Source: Gemmatimonadota bacterium (GTDB taxonomy: Bacteria > Gemmatimonadota > Gemmatimonadetes > Gemmatimonadales > Gemmatimonadaceae). Taken from it: 54,378 nt of DNA. A program made the position numbers and the translations under genes. The DNA lies in the NCBI GenBank assembly GCA_031372565.1, contig JANMLN010000148.1, positions 1-54,378 of the forward strand. The letters are read 5' to 3'. Below the pieces are notes generated by a model. The model saw only the letters and a program-made list of their open reading frames with translations, made no database searches and had not been told where the DNA came from. Within the stretch, counting starts at the first letter, position 1, and each line of letters begins with the position of its first letter. Positions 30,002 to 39,301 of this stretch are shown here, in pieces.

Positions 30002-30613
30002 CTATCGCCGAGGCAGCCCCTGCCGCAACACCCGCCCGCGTTCGGGCAGCGGTACCCACAGGATCTCGTACGCCTCCCGAAACGCCGCGACCATCGCACC
30101 GGCCAGCAGCCCGGCCACCGCGCCGATCACCGCTCCCTTGCCCGTCTCCGACGAGATGCCGCAGTTCGTGCTCGCTGCGGCCGCACAACTCGTCGACGAC
30201 ATGGTGGCACCCAGCACCGCGCCCACACCGCCGCCGACGCCGGCACCAATCAGCCCCCCCATGATCCCGTTCGGGATGCGACGGCTCTGGCGCCCCGCCG
30301 CGATCTCCACGATGCGCACCAGCCGCCATGGCACCGCCACGATCATCGAGTCTACCGCCCCCGATTCGGCCACCGTGAGCCCGAGCCGGTCGGCGCGGAG
30401 CCGCACATCTCCGGCCTCCCCACCGACCATGACGCGCACGATCGCAGAGTCGCTGCGGTCCAGCCGCCCTTCAAGCGTGGTGCTCTGCACGCGTCCGAAC
30501 GTGAACCGGAGCACCGACCCCACCGACACCGCCACCGTGACAGAGTCCTGCGCCGCGGCGTAAGCGGTCGGCGCGAGGGAAAGGAGCGCGAGCGAACAGA
30601 GCAGGCGGCGCAT
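30002..30613 (-). CDS. Secreted hypothetical protein with glycine-zipper segment
   Basis: Signal peptide MRRLLCSLALL; GGLIGAGVGGGVGAVLG and GAVIGAVAG. Confidence 0.6.
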   Translation of the reverse strand: MRRLLCSLALLSLAPTAYAAAQDSVTVAVSVGSVLRFTFGRVQSTTLEGRLDRSDSAIVRVMVGGEAGDVRLRADRLGLTVAESGAVDSMIVAVPWRLVRIVEIAAGRQSRRIPNGIMGGLIGAGVGGGVGAVLGATMSSTSCAAAASTNCGISSETGKGAVIGAVAGLLAGAMVAAFREAYEILWVPLPERGRVLRQGLPRR

Positions 30614-30688
30614 GATGCGTGCACGTTGGCAGACGGACCGTCGTTGCGCAACGCACCACTCTGGTCCGCACCACCTATCTTCCCGCTG

Positions 30689-31141
30689 GTGATCACCAGT
30701 CCGGCGTTCTGGGCGGCAGCCCTCGTCTTTGCCGGCATCACGGCGGCCGTGCTCTTCGTGGTGCGCAACGTGGCGCTGTCCGTCGTCGCCTCGTCGTGGC
30801 AGAAGGGCACCTTCATTCCGCTCTCGCTCGGCCTGCGTGCCGCGCGAGTCAAGCAGGGTGAGCCGCTGCTCGCCTCGCTCCCCGCCAAGCACCATCCACG
30901 CGTGGCCGGGGCTGCTCCGACACGAGGTCTCCTGGTGATCACCCCCTCGATGGTCTCGTTCCAGTCGACGGGAACGCGCGTCGACGTTCCGCATCGCGCC
31001 ATCCGGCACCTCACGGTGCTGCGCAACGGCCATCTCGATATTCGCACCGACGGGACCGCGGCCATCGGTGCGCTGGCAGTGCCGAATCCGGCGGCCGTCG
31101 CCCAGATGATCCAGGCCTCGTTCCGGCACCCGCGCGCCTGA
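30689..31141 (+). CDS. Membrane-anchored hypothetical protein, possible PH-like domain
   Basis: N-terminal TM; GLLVIT...VSF....VDVP..AI; GTG start chosen from an upstream TATCTT box. Confidence 0.55.
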   Translation: MITSPAFWAAALVFAGITAAVLFVVRNVALSVVASSWQKGTFIPLSLGLRAARVKQGEPLLASLPAKHHPRVAGAAPTRGLLVITPSMVSFQSTGTRVDVPHRAIRHLTVLRNGHLDIRTDGTAAIGALAVPNPAAVAQMIQASFRHPRA

Positions 31142-31188
31142 TCCTCGGGGCGGTTGTCCGCCTCCACCCGCGGCGCGAGATTCACCGC

Positions 31189-31437
31189 ATGCCGTGGTTG
31201 AGCCTCACCCTGACACTCGTGGGTCGCGCCCTGCTGTCGCCGTCGCTGGCGATCGCGCTGCTGACCGTGGTCTGGCGTTTCCGGCGGCGCGGATGGTACG
31301 CGCGCTTCCCGTTCCTTCCCGTGCCGTCTCGCCCCTACGTCGCGTGGCGGATGTACACCGCGTACGGCAGCGAGGATGCGCTCCCCAGCGCCGACGAAGT
31401 CGAGCGGTATGCGCGCTGGAGTGCGCGGGCGCGATGA
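31189..31437 (+). CDS. Small hypothetical membrane protein
   Basis: 82 aa, hydrophobic N-terminus, PFLPVP..Y..WRMYTAYG, upstream of queG. Confidence 0.65.
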   Translation: MPWLSLTLTLVGRALLSPSLAIALLTVVWRFRRRGWYARFPFLPVPSRPYVAWRMYTAYGSEDALPSADEVERYARWSARAR

Positions 31438-31466
31438 GCGCATGATGAACTCATGAGCTGCGCGCA

Positions 31467-32537
31467 ATGAGCGCGCCCGCCGCGTCGTCACGAGTGCCGA
31501 GTGCCGCGGCGATCAAGCGGGAGGCGTTTGCGCTCGGGTTTGATGATGTTGGCATCGCGCGGCTCGGACCGGCCGACACGGCGGCGGCCTTTCGCGACTG
31601 GCTGGACAAGGGCTACGGCGGCACGATGCGCTATCTGCACCGGTCGGCACGCAAGCGCATCGACACGCGGCTCGCCGATGGATTGACGGCAAGCGCCATC
31701 GTCGTCGCGCTCGACTACGGTGGCCAGCAGCCGCCCGGACGCATCGCCCGCTACGCCCGCGGTCGCGACTACCACGCGGTGCTGCACGACCGGTTGATGG
31801 CGCTCTCGGCGTGGCTGAGCGACGCGGCCGGTCATCCGGTGCACACGCGTCCCTACGTGGACACCGGACCCATCCTCGAGCGCGACCTCGCGCGCCGCGC
31901 CGGTCTTGGCTGGTTCGGCAAGAACAGCTGCCTCATTCACCCGGAGCGCGGTTCGTTCATGGTGTTGGGCACGCTCCTCGTGGCGCTCGAGCTGGACGCG
32001 GACGCGCCGTTTGCCAGCGAGCACTGTGGCACGTGCACGCGCTGCCTGGATGCGTGCCCGACGCAGGCCTTCGTGGCGCCCCTCGTGCTCGACACCACGC
32101 GGTGCATCTCGTACCTCACCATCGAGTACCGTGGCTCGATTCCCGAGGCGCTGCGGCCGCTCATCGGCGAGTGGCTGTATGGCTGTGACATCTGCCAGGA
32201 CGTCTGCCCGTGGAACCAGAAGTTCGCGCGCGCGACGCCCGCTCCGGCGCTCGGATCATTCGCGCACGTGACCGAGGCCGATCCGCACGCATGGCTCGCC
32301 TACGCCGATGACGAAGCGGTGCAGTTCGCGCATGCCGGCACGGCGCTCGACCGCGCGTCGCGGCGCACCGCGGTGCGCAATGCGGCCATCGTGCTGGGCA
32401 ATCGCAATGCACCGGGAGATCGCGAGCTGCTCGAGCAGGCGGTCGCACGCGAGACAGACGAACTGGTGCGCGATCATCTCGCGTGGGCGCTGGCGCAGTG
32501 CCGCGCATCCGATCGAGGAGCGCGGCGCCCCGACTAG
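31467..32537 (+). CDS. queG: Epoxyqueuosine reductase
   Basis: IARYARGRDYH, YVDTGPILER, GWFGKN, CGTCTRCLDACPT, CISYLTIE, GCDICQDVCPWN. Confidence 0.95.
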   Translation: MSAPAASSRVPSAAAIKREAFALGFDDVGIARLGPADTAAAFRDWLDKGYGGTMRYLHRSARKRIDTRLADGLTASAIVVALDYGGQQPPGRIARYARGRDYHAVLHDRLMALSAWLSDAAGHPVHTRPYVDTGPILERDLARRAGLGWFGKNSCLIHPERGSFMVLGTLLVALELDADAPFASEHCGTCTRCLDACPTQAFVAPLVLDTTRCISYLTIEYRGSIPEALRPLIGEWLYGCDICQDVCPWNQKFARATPAPALGSFAHVTEADPHAWLAYADDEAVQFAHAGTALDRASRRTAVRNAAIVLGNRNAPGDRELLEQAVARETDELVRDHLAWALAQCRASDRGARRPD

Positions 32538-32663
32538 CGTGCGCGCGGCCGTCCCTTCGCGATGGCCGAGCAGATCCCGCTGGCCAAGACCTCCACGGCC
32601 GATGCGGCACAGGCGATCCTCGCTGGCCTTGCCCGGGGCGCCGTTCTCGTGCGTCCGTGGGTG

Positions 32664-33377
32664 CTACCCGCGCCCGTCCACGATCTCCCCGACCTCGGCG
32701 CTCAGCGCCTCCATCTGCGCGGCGCGCGTCTTCGCCCAGCGCGGCAGCGCGAGCACGTTGCGCACCAGCAGCGCAACGCCGACCACGCCGAGCATGACCA
32801 CCGAACCCCAGCGGCGTGGATCCCCCGCGAGAAAGAACGAGGTGAGCCCGGCGAGCGTCGCGCTCAGCGCCATCGCACCGACACCGAGCTGCGTGCCCAC
32901 GTTCGCGTCGCCGCGCACCGTGCTCATCCGGATCCGGCTCCCCTGCGCCGTCGGCTCGAGCACCACGCGCAGGTTGCCGTTGCGCCAGCTGCGGATCGTC
33001 CCCTCGCGCACCGACGTCCCTTCGGCCATGAACGTCTCGCGCAACCGGATCACGACACGATCCCACTCCACGTCGGTCAGCAACCGCGGCAGCTCGATCT
33101 GCCGCGACACGCCGTACGGGATGCCGAGGGCCGTGCGCGTGGCCGTCGGCACGAGATCACCGCGCGACACCGACGCCGCCGCGCGCTGCACCGCATCGGC
33201 GGGAATGCCGACCGACGACGCGATCTCCTGCACCTGCGCCAACGTGAGTCCGCTCGGCGCGAGCGCCTTGGACTCGGGCCGCGATTCCGCTTCCTGCTCG
33301 GCACGCTCGGCATGCTGCGCCGCGCGCGCCAGCAGGCGCGAGACTTCCTCGTCGTCGTAGCGGCGCTCGCCGGCCAT
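32664..33377 (-). CDS. Hypothetical membrane protein with two TM helices
   Basis: RYDDEEV..LL.RA and GLTL.QV.EIA..VGI N-terminal motifs; two C-terminal hydrophobic helices. Confidence 0.7.
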   Translation of the reverse strand: MAGERRYDDEEVSRLLARAAQHAERAEQEAESRPESKALAPSGLTLAQVQEIASSVGIPADAVQRAAASVSRGDLVPTATRTALGIPYGVSRQIELPRLLTDVEWDRVVIRLRETFMAEGTSVREGTIRSWRNGNLRVVLEPTAQGSRIRMSTVRGDANVGTQLGVGAMALSATLAGLTSFFLAGDPRRWGSVVMLGVVGVALLVRNVLALPRWAKTRAAQMEALSAEVGEIVDGRG

Positions 33378-33381
33378 CGCG

Positions 33382-34431
33382 CTAGGCGTTCATGGCAGCG
33401 CCGTGCACGGCGTCCAGCACCATCGGCTTGACGCGCGTTCCGTACAACTCGATCGCGTGCAGCATGGCATCGTGCGGCACGCCGCCCACGGACAGCTGCA
33501 GCAGGAAGCGCGCATGTCCGAAGATCGCGCGCTGGCGAATGATCTTCGTCGCCACCGTCTCCGGGCTGCCCACGAGCAGCGCACCATCAGGCCCGATCTC
33601 GTGTTCGAACTGGCCGGGCCTGGGCGGCGGCCAGCCACGTTCGCGTCCGATCTGCGTCATCGCGCCAAGCCAGCCCGGGTAGAACGCCGTCGCCGCGGCG
33701 GCGTCGGTGTCGGCGATGAACCCGTGCGAGTTGATGCTCACGGGCACGTCCATCGGGTCGCGTCCGCTCTTCCGGACGGCGTCGCGGTGGATCTCGACCA
33801 AGGGCGCGAAGCGCGCGGGCTCGCCGCCAATGATGGCAATCGCCATCGGGAGACCGAGCAGCCCGGCGCGCACGGCCGACTGTGGCGTACCGCCGATGGC
33901 CACCCAGAGCGGTAGTGGTTGCTGCACCGGTCGCGGATAGATGATCGCGTCGCGCAGGGGCGCGCGCGTCTGACCCGACCAGGTCACGCGCTCCCCGAGC
34001 CGGAGCGCGTTGAGCAGCTCGAGCTTGTCGGCGAACAGCACGTCGTAGTCATCCAGATCATACCCGAACAGCGGAAACGACTCGATGAACGAGCCGCGCC
34101 CCGCCATGATCTCGGCGCGGCCGTGCGACAGCAGGTCGAGCGTCGAGAAGGCCTGGAAGACGCGCACGGGATCATCGCTCGAGAGCACCGTGACCGCGCT
34201 CGTGAGGCGAATGCGCGTGGTGCGCGCGGCTGCCGCTGCGAGCACCACCTCGGGATTCGAGATCGGGAAATCGGGGCGGTGATGTTCGCCGATGCCAAAG
34301 ACGTCGAGGCCGACCTCGTCGGCGAGCACCACCTCCTCGAGCAGATGCGCGAGCCGCGTCTCCGCTCCCATCGTCGGCCCCGTGCGCAGCGCCAGCGGCA
34401 CGTCCCCGAAGCTGTAGATACCCAGTTCCAT
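33382..34431 (-). CDS. LLM class (luciferase-like) flavin-dependent oxidoreductase
   Basis: GEHHRPDF, IRLTSAVTVLSSDDPVRV, GRGSFIESFPLFG. Confidence 0.92.
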   Translation of the reverse strand: MELGIYSFGDVPLALRTGPTMGAETRLAHLLEEVVLADEVGLDVFGIGEHHRPDFPISNPEVVLAAAAARTTRIRLTSAVTVLSSDDPVRVFQAFSTLDLLSHGRAEIMAGRGSFIESFPLFGYDLDDYDVLFADKLELLNALRLGERVTWSGQTRAPLRDAIIYPRPVQQPLPLWVAIGGTPQSAVRAGLLGLPMAIAIIGGEPARFAPLVEIHRDAVRKSGRDPMDVPVSINSHGFIADTDAAAATAFYPGWLGAMTQIGRERGWPPPRPGQFEHEIGPDGALLVGSPETVATKIIRQRAIFGHARFLLQLSVGGVPHDAMLHAIELYGTRVKPMVLDAVHGAAMNA

Positions 34432-34553
34432 CTGCTCAAGCTATCGCCCCTGTGCGCACGCATGCAGAACGGCCCCCATCCCCCATTCGGGGGACCGCCT
34501 GCCACGCGCACGCGGTCGCGCCGCGCATTGGCGGACCCTAGACTTCGACCACG

Positions 34554-35462
34554 ATGACCGCCGACGCCCGCGCCCGGTTCGCCGCCCAACGGCGCGCCTT
34601 TCCGCCACCGCCGCACCTCACCCCCGGCACGGTGCGGGTGCGGGGCCTCGAGTTCGCCGTCTTTCGCTCGCCCCCGGTCGCGACCGCGGTACCGCTCCTC
34701 TGCATCAACGGCGGCGTGATCTACGATCATCGCTTGCTCTGGCCGGCACTCTCGCCGCTCAGCCTGACCCGCCAGCTCATCTTCTACGATCAGCGCGGAC
34801 GCGGCCGCTCGCAGCTCCCGCCCGGCGTGCGCGGGGCGCGTGTCGAGCACGACGCACTCGACGTGGGGGCGCTCCGCGAAGCGCTCGGTATCGAACAGTG
34901 GGACCTGCTGGGTCACTCGTGGGGAGGCGGACTCGCTCTGCTCGCCGTGACCGAGGATCGTGCGGGAACGCGTCGCCTCGTCACGGTCGACGCCGTCGGC
35001 CCGACCAGCGCGTGGCGCGCGGAGTTCGAGACCGACGCCATGGCCCGACTGGACGACGCGCAACGCGCCCGGTTCGCCGCGGCCATCGTCGCCCTCGAGC
35101 GCGACGACAACGTGGCGGCGCTCTCCGAGTACAACCGCGCCCTCTACCCCGCCTGGTTCGCCGATCCCGCGCTGGGCAGTCTGCTGCAGCCTCCGCTTGC
35201 AACGAGCGAGACGGGCTACAGCGTCCATCGCCGCATGCGAACCGAGGGCTACGACTGGCGTGATCGCGTGCGCGGCCTCGATGTGCCCGCATTGCTCGTC
35301 CATGGGAGCGCCGACCTGCTGCCGTCGGCCATGGCCGATGCCTGGGCATCGTTGCTGACCAACGCGGGTGTCGTCCGCATCCCGGACGCGGGACACAACC
35401 CGTTCTGGGAGCAGCCAGCCGCGTTCTTCCCGCTGGTCGAGTCGTTTCTGGCGGCGCCGTGA
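34554..35462 (+). CDS. Alpha/beta hydrolase, proline iminopeptidase-like
   Basis: YDQRGRGRS, GHSWGG, HGSAD, AGHNPFWEQP. Confidence 0.85.
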   Translation: MTADARARFAAQRRAFPPPPHLTPGTVRVRGLEFAVFRSPPVATAVPLLCINGGVIYDHRLLWPALSPLSLTRQLIFYDQRGRGRSQLPPGVRGARVEHDALDVGALREALGIEQWDLLGHSWGGGLALLAVTEDRAGTRRLVTVDAVGPTSAWRAEFETDAMARLDDAQRARFAAAIVALERDDNVAALSEYNRALYPAWFADPALGSLLQPPLATSETGYSVHRRMRTEGYDWRDRVRGLDVPALLVHGSADLLPSAMADAWASLLTNAGVVRIPDAGHNPFWEQPAAFFPLVESFLAAP

Positions 35463-36136
35463 CCCCCATGCGCGCGGCCGGGCTCGCGGGATTGGCGCTC
35501 ATCGCCGCGGTCGTCATCGCACTGCGCGACGACGAGCCGCGCGCCGCCGCCGGCATCCTCGCTCATGCGCCGCGCGCACATGCGTCGCGCGCCGAGGCGC
35601 TGCGTCCGCGACCATCCGCTCCGCGCGAGCCGCACGATTACCTCGCCGAGCTGCTGCTCCGTCGCGACTCGGTCGTGATGCGCTGGCCGGATCGTCGCGA
35701 ACGACCGATCCGCGTCTGGCTGCGTTCGGCTCCGCGCAATGCAGCCGTACGCGCCGCCTTCGATGCATGGCAAGCGACCGGCATCCCGGTGCGCTTCCGC
35801 TTCGTGGCCGACTCGAGTGCGGCCGAGGTGCGCGGCACGTGGGTCGACCGGTTCGACGACCCGGTAAGCGGTCGCACCGTCTGGTCGCGCGATGATGCAC
35901 ACTGGCTGCGCACCAGCACGATCACCCTCGCGCGCCACCACGCGTGGGGCCGCGCCCTGGATTCGGCGAGCGTGTACGCACTCGCCCTTCATGAGGTCGG
36001 TCACGCCCTCGGGCTCGACCACACGCGCGACACGCAGTCGATCATGGCGCCCCGCGTGCGTGCGCGCACGCTCAGCGCCGCCGATGTCGCCACGGTGCGC
36101 GCGCTGTACGCGCTGCCAGCCGGCACGCTCCGGTAG
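35459..36136 (+). CDS. Matrixin (M10) family zinc metalloprotease
   Basis: HEVGHALGLDH, SIMAP Met-turn, N-terminal TM. Confidence 0.9.
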   Translation: MTPMRAAGLAGLALIAAVVIALRDDEPRAAAGILAHAPRAHASRAEALRPRPSAPREPHDYLAELLLRRDSVVMRWPDRRERPIRVWLRSAPRNAAVRAAFDAWQATGIPVRFRFVADSSAAEVRGTWVDRFDDPVSGRTVWSRDDAHWLRTSTITLARHHAWGRALDSASVYALALHEVGHALGLDHTRDTQSIMAPRVRARTLSAADVATVRALYALPAGTLR

Positions 36137-36904
36137 ATGCGACGCGCCGAAGTACTCCTCGCCGCCTGTGTGGTCGTCCTTGGCGGCTTTGTCGCCATCA
36201 TGGCGCTCAGGGGCCGTGCGAACCCTCGCGCGGCCACCGCGGTTCCGACCGACTCCGACGCTCGCTATCGAGTGCCGCTCGAGCGCACCGCGGCGGAGCG
36301 GATGCGTGTGGCCGCCGCGCGCGCGGTGCGGGTACAGCAGTTGGTGGCGGAGCGTGGCACCGCCACCTTCGTGCACGATGTGTTGGTCGAGAACGACTCG
36401 ACGGTGCGCCACTGGACCGACCGTGGCGGCGCGTCCGTGCGCGTCTGGCTGCAGGTACCGATCGGCGTGACGGACTACCGCCCGGCATTCGCCTCGTACG
36501 TGACGCGAGCGTTCGACGAGTGGAGCCGAGTCGACGGCATGCCGGTACGGTTCGAGGTGGTCGGCGACTCGGCGAACGCGAACGTGGTCGTCGTCTGGCT
36601 GCCACTCTTCAGCGGGAACCGGATCGGCCTCACGCGCATCGAGGCGGTCAACGACACCATCCGGACCGGACGCATCACGATCGCCACGCAGCGCGAAGGC
36701 GGCGTCGCGCTCCGGGACGAGGACATCGTCCGCTGCGCGTTGCACGAGGTGGGCCACCTGCTCGGTCTCGCGCATACCAGTGACGCATCCAGCATCATGG
36801 CCCCCGAATCGGCGCAGCCCGGGCTGCAGGAGCGCGATCGCGCCACCGTGCAGCTCCTCTACGCGCTGCCGATCGGCTCGATCAAGACGGGCGCGATCTG
36901 GTAG
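36137..36904 (+). CDS. Matrixin (M10) family zinc metalloprotease, paralog
   Basis: HEVGHLLGLAH, SIMAP, N-terminal TM. Confidence 0.9.
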   Translation: MRRAEVLLAACVVVLGGFVAIMALRGRANPRAATAVPTDSDARYRVPLERTAAERMRVAAARAVRVQQLVAERGTATFVHDVLVENDSTVRHWTDRGGASVRVWLQVPIGVTDYRPAFASYVTRAFDEWSRVDGMPVRFEVVGDSANANVVVVWLPLFSGNRIGLTRIEAVNDTIRTGRITIATQREGGVALRDEDIVRCALHEVGHLLGLAHTSDASSIMAPESAQPGLQERDRATVQLLYALPIGSIKTGAIW

Positions 36905-36907
36905 CCT

Positions 36908-36992
36908 CGTCGTCCTGAGCGCAGCGAAGGACCTGCTTTTTCCGGGTCGCGCGCACGACAAAAGCAGGTCCTTCGCTGCGCTCAGGACGACC
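36908..36992. repeat. Inverted REP doublet (36908-36938, 36962-36992) filling a convergent intergenic gap
   Basis: Near-perfect 30-bp inverted repeat with a 23-nt spacer. Confidence 0.92.
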
Positions 36993-37961
36993 TTACGCCA
37001 TGCGGAATTCGCGACCGAATGCCACCGCGAACGAGAAGCTCTTCGCCTTGCTCCGCGACTCCATCACCCCGGCCACGCGCTCAAGCCGCGCTGGAATCGC
37101 GAGGATCTTCTCCTGGGCGCGCTTGCCGACTTCATCCAGTCCCGTCAGCGCATCGACCGCCCAGAACTTGATCTGCTCCTCGACGATCTTCAGGTAGTCG
37201 CGTGGTCCGTAGATCCCGGCGCGGCGAATCACGTCGGCCATCTCGCGGAAGTGCGGCATGTTCACGCCGGGCATCTCGATCGACGGCATGATCTCGGCCG
37301 CCGACGAAAGCGCGCGGTTGGGGTCACGCTGCAGGACCTCCTTGAAGATCGTGCGATAGAACGTGTAGTGCCGCGCCTCTTCCTTGGCCACGTTCAACAG
37401 GACCTCACCGATCAGCGGCTCGTGCTGCGACGCAATCTTGCCGGTGTTGGCATGGCTCACCTGTGTGGCCCGCTCCTGCAGAGTGGTGTATACGAAGACA
37501 CGATACGGGTCCTTGTCCCACGTCGGCTCGAATCCGGCCTTGAGATACTCGAACTGCATCCGCTCGAGCACCGGATTCTCGAGAAGCTTGCTGTCGCGGG
37601 CATAGTCGTGCAGCACCGCGCCATGCCGGTCCTCTTCGGCCGTCCACAGGTTGGTCCACTTCGACCAGAACGTGTCGCCGCCGAGGTAGGTGGCCAGCAA
37701 GCGATGAAAGTGCGGCAGCCCTTCTTCCGTCAGCGTGTTGAGGGCGAGCGCCACGCGTGCCGGCATCGAGATGCCCTCTGCGCGCCCGCGCAGCTCCTTC
37801 ACGTAGCGATCGGGATCGGTGTCCGGCGCAGGCGCCAGCAGCTCGCTCGGAAACCAGAGGACGCGCTTGGACTCATGGGCCTGCATCAGCTCGTCAACGA
37901 CAGGTTCGAGATCGGAGAGGACCTCGACCCGGGCGAGCGTTTCGATCGATGGAGTCAGCAT
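36993..37961 (-). CDS. Soluble acyl-ACP desaturase (diiron, DesA-like)
   Basis: TEEGLP, WTAEEDRHG, QERATQVSH, EEARH, IEMPG. Confidence 0.92.
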   Translation of the reverse strand: MLTPSIETLARVEVLSDLEPVVDELMQAHESKRVLWFPSELLAPAPDTDPDRYVKELRGRAEGISMPARVALALNTLTEEGLPHFHRLLATYLGGDTFWSKWTNLWTAEEDRHGAVLHDYARDSKLLENPVLERMQFEYLKAGFEPTWDKDPYRVFVYTTLQERATQVSHANTGKIASQHEPLIGEVLLNVAKEEARHYTFYRTIFKEVLQRDPNRALSSAAEIMPSIEMPGVNMPHFREMADVIRRAGIYGPRDYLKIVEEQIKFWAVDALTGLDEVGKRAQEKILAIPARLERVAGVMESRSKAKSFSFAVAFGREFRMA

Positions 37962-38049
37962 GACGTGAGCCAGAAATCGGAGTGCGCCTCGCCGAACGCG
38001 AGTGGCAGTGAGTCAAAGGTACTCTCCAATTCGCGCCTCTGCTTGTCCC

Positions 38050-38080
38050 CGTCCTCCCGAGCGCAGCGAAGGACCGGCTT
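38050..38080 (+). repeat. Degenerate single REP
   Basis: cgtcctcccgagcgcagcgaaggaccggctt, followed by a C/T-rich tract. Confidence 0.75.
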
Positions 38081-38098
38081 CTCCTCCTCCCCGCACCC

Positions 38099-39301
38099 CT
38101 ATCGCAGCTTGATCGTCAACGACTGCTTCTGCCGCTTGCGCACCACCACCACCTTCACGCTCCCATCCTCCGAATCACGCAGCGCACGCCCCACCTGATC
38201 CGGACGCACCACCGGAATCTCGTTCGCGCGCACGATCACGTCGCCGCCCTTGAGCCCCGACTGCTCCGCCGGCGAACCGCGCGCCACCGACACCACGAAC
38301 ACGCCGTCATCGGCGCCCGTCAGATCGGCCAGATCCGACGACAACCTGCGCAGCTCTGCCCCCGCAAAGAAATCGCCACCGGCGACCACGAACGTGAAGC
38401 CGTTCGGTCCATCAAGCGGTGCGAGGCCGGCGGGTGGTGGCGACAGCGCGGCCGATGGTGGTGACGTGCTCATGATCATCCCGCTCGGCGCCCGGGCCGC
38501 GCGTGGCGCTCGTGCCACCTGTCCGACGATCTGCGCATCATCAGGCAGCGTGATGATCACCGGCTGAATGGCCGCCGCCAACGACCGATCGACCGACGAG
38601 CAGGCGTCGGGCATGTCGTTCGGTCGCTTCGCCACGACCAACGTGAACGTCTTGCTCTCGCCGTTCCGCCGTACCACCACGGGCAGCTTCGTGCCGGGCT
38701 TGAGCAGCAGGTCGAACTTCACCCCGCCCTTCACGATGTCCGTCGTCCCGAGCTCCATGATCGAGTCGCCGCGCACGAGCCCCGCCTTCTCGGCCGGCGA
38801 CCCTGGCGCGATGTCCACGATGCGCGGATAGGCGATGAAGGCGAGTGATGTCTGCTCGCTCCGGCCGTCCTCGCGGCGCATGATCATGCTCTGGTTCTCG
38901 AACGTCACGCCGATGTACCCACCCGACGTCGCCGAGCGATCGCACATCGACACCAGCTGCGCCTGCGTCCGGAAGATGCCGCGCGACACATCGCGCAGCT
39001 CCACCAGCAGCCGCCGCGAGACCGACGTGTCGAGCCGCATGAGACGACTCGACGAGTCACGCAGCGCGCTCATCTGCTTCACCAGCTCGAGCTCGCGACG
39101 CCGGTTGAAGTCGAGCTCCCGCACCAGTCGCTCGAACGTCGAGTCGATGCTGATGCGCGCGGTGCCGCGAATCGTCACCGCCTCCTGCGCGCCCACCGGC
39201 AGCGCCACGAACACGCCGCCGACCACGAGCGCCAGCGCCCGCGTCACCCGCGACTCGAGCACGCGACGCCGGGCGTTCCACCTGCCATCGTGGGTTACCA
39301 T
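38099..39301 (-). CDS. Exported double-PDZ protein without a protease domain
   Basis: Signal/TM; GYIGV..PGSPAEKAGL..GD; GVFV..RGSPAEQSGLKGGDVI. Confidence 0.85.
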   Translation of the reverse strand: MVTHDGRWNARRRVLESRVTRALALVVGGVFVALPVGAQEAVTIRGTARISIDSTFERLVRELDFNRRRELELVKQMSALRDSSSRLMRLDTSVSRRLLVELRDVSRGIFRTQAQLVSMCDRSATSGGYIGVTFENQSMIMRREDGRSEQTSLAFIAYPRIVDIAPGSPAEKAGLVRGDSIMELGTTDIVKGGVKFDLLLKPGTKLPVVVRRNGESKTFTLVVAKRPNDMPDACSSVDRSLAAAIQPVIITLPDDAQIVGQVARAPRAARAPSGMIMSTSPPSAALSPPPAGLAPLDGPNGFTFVVAGGDFFAGAELRRLSSDLADLTGADDGVFVVSVARGSPAEQSGLKGGDVIVRANEIPVVRPDQVGRALRDSEDGSVKVVVVRKRQKQSLTIKLR

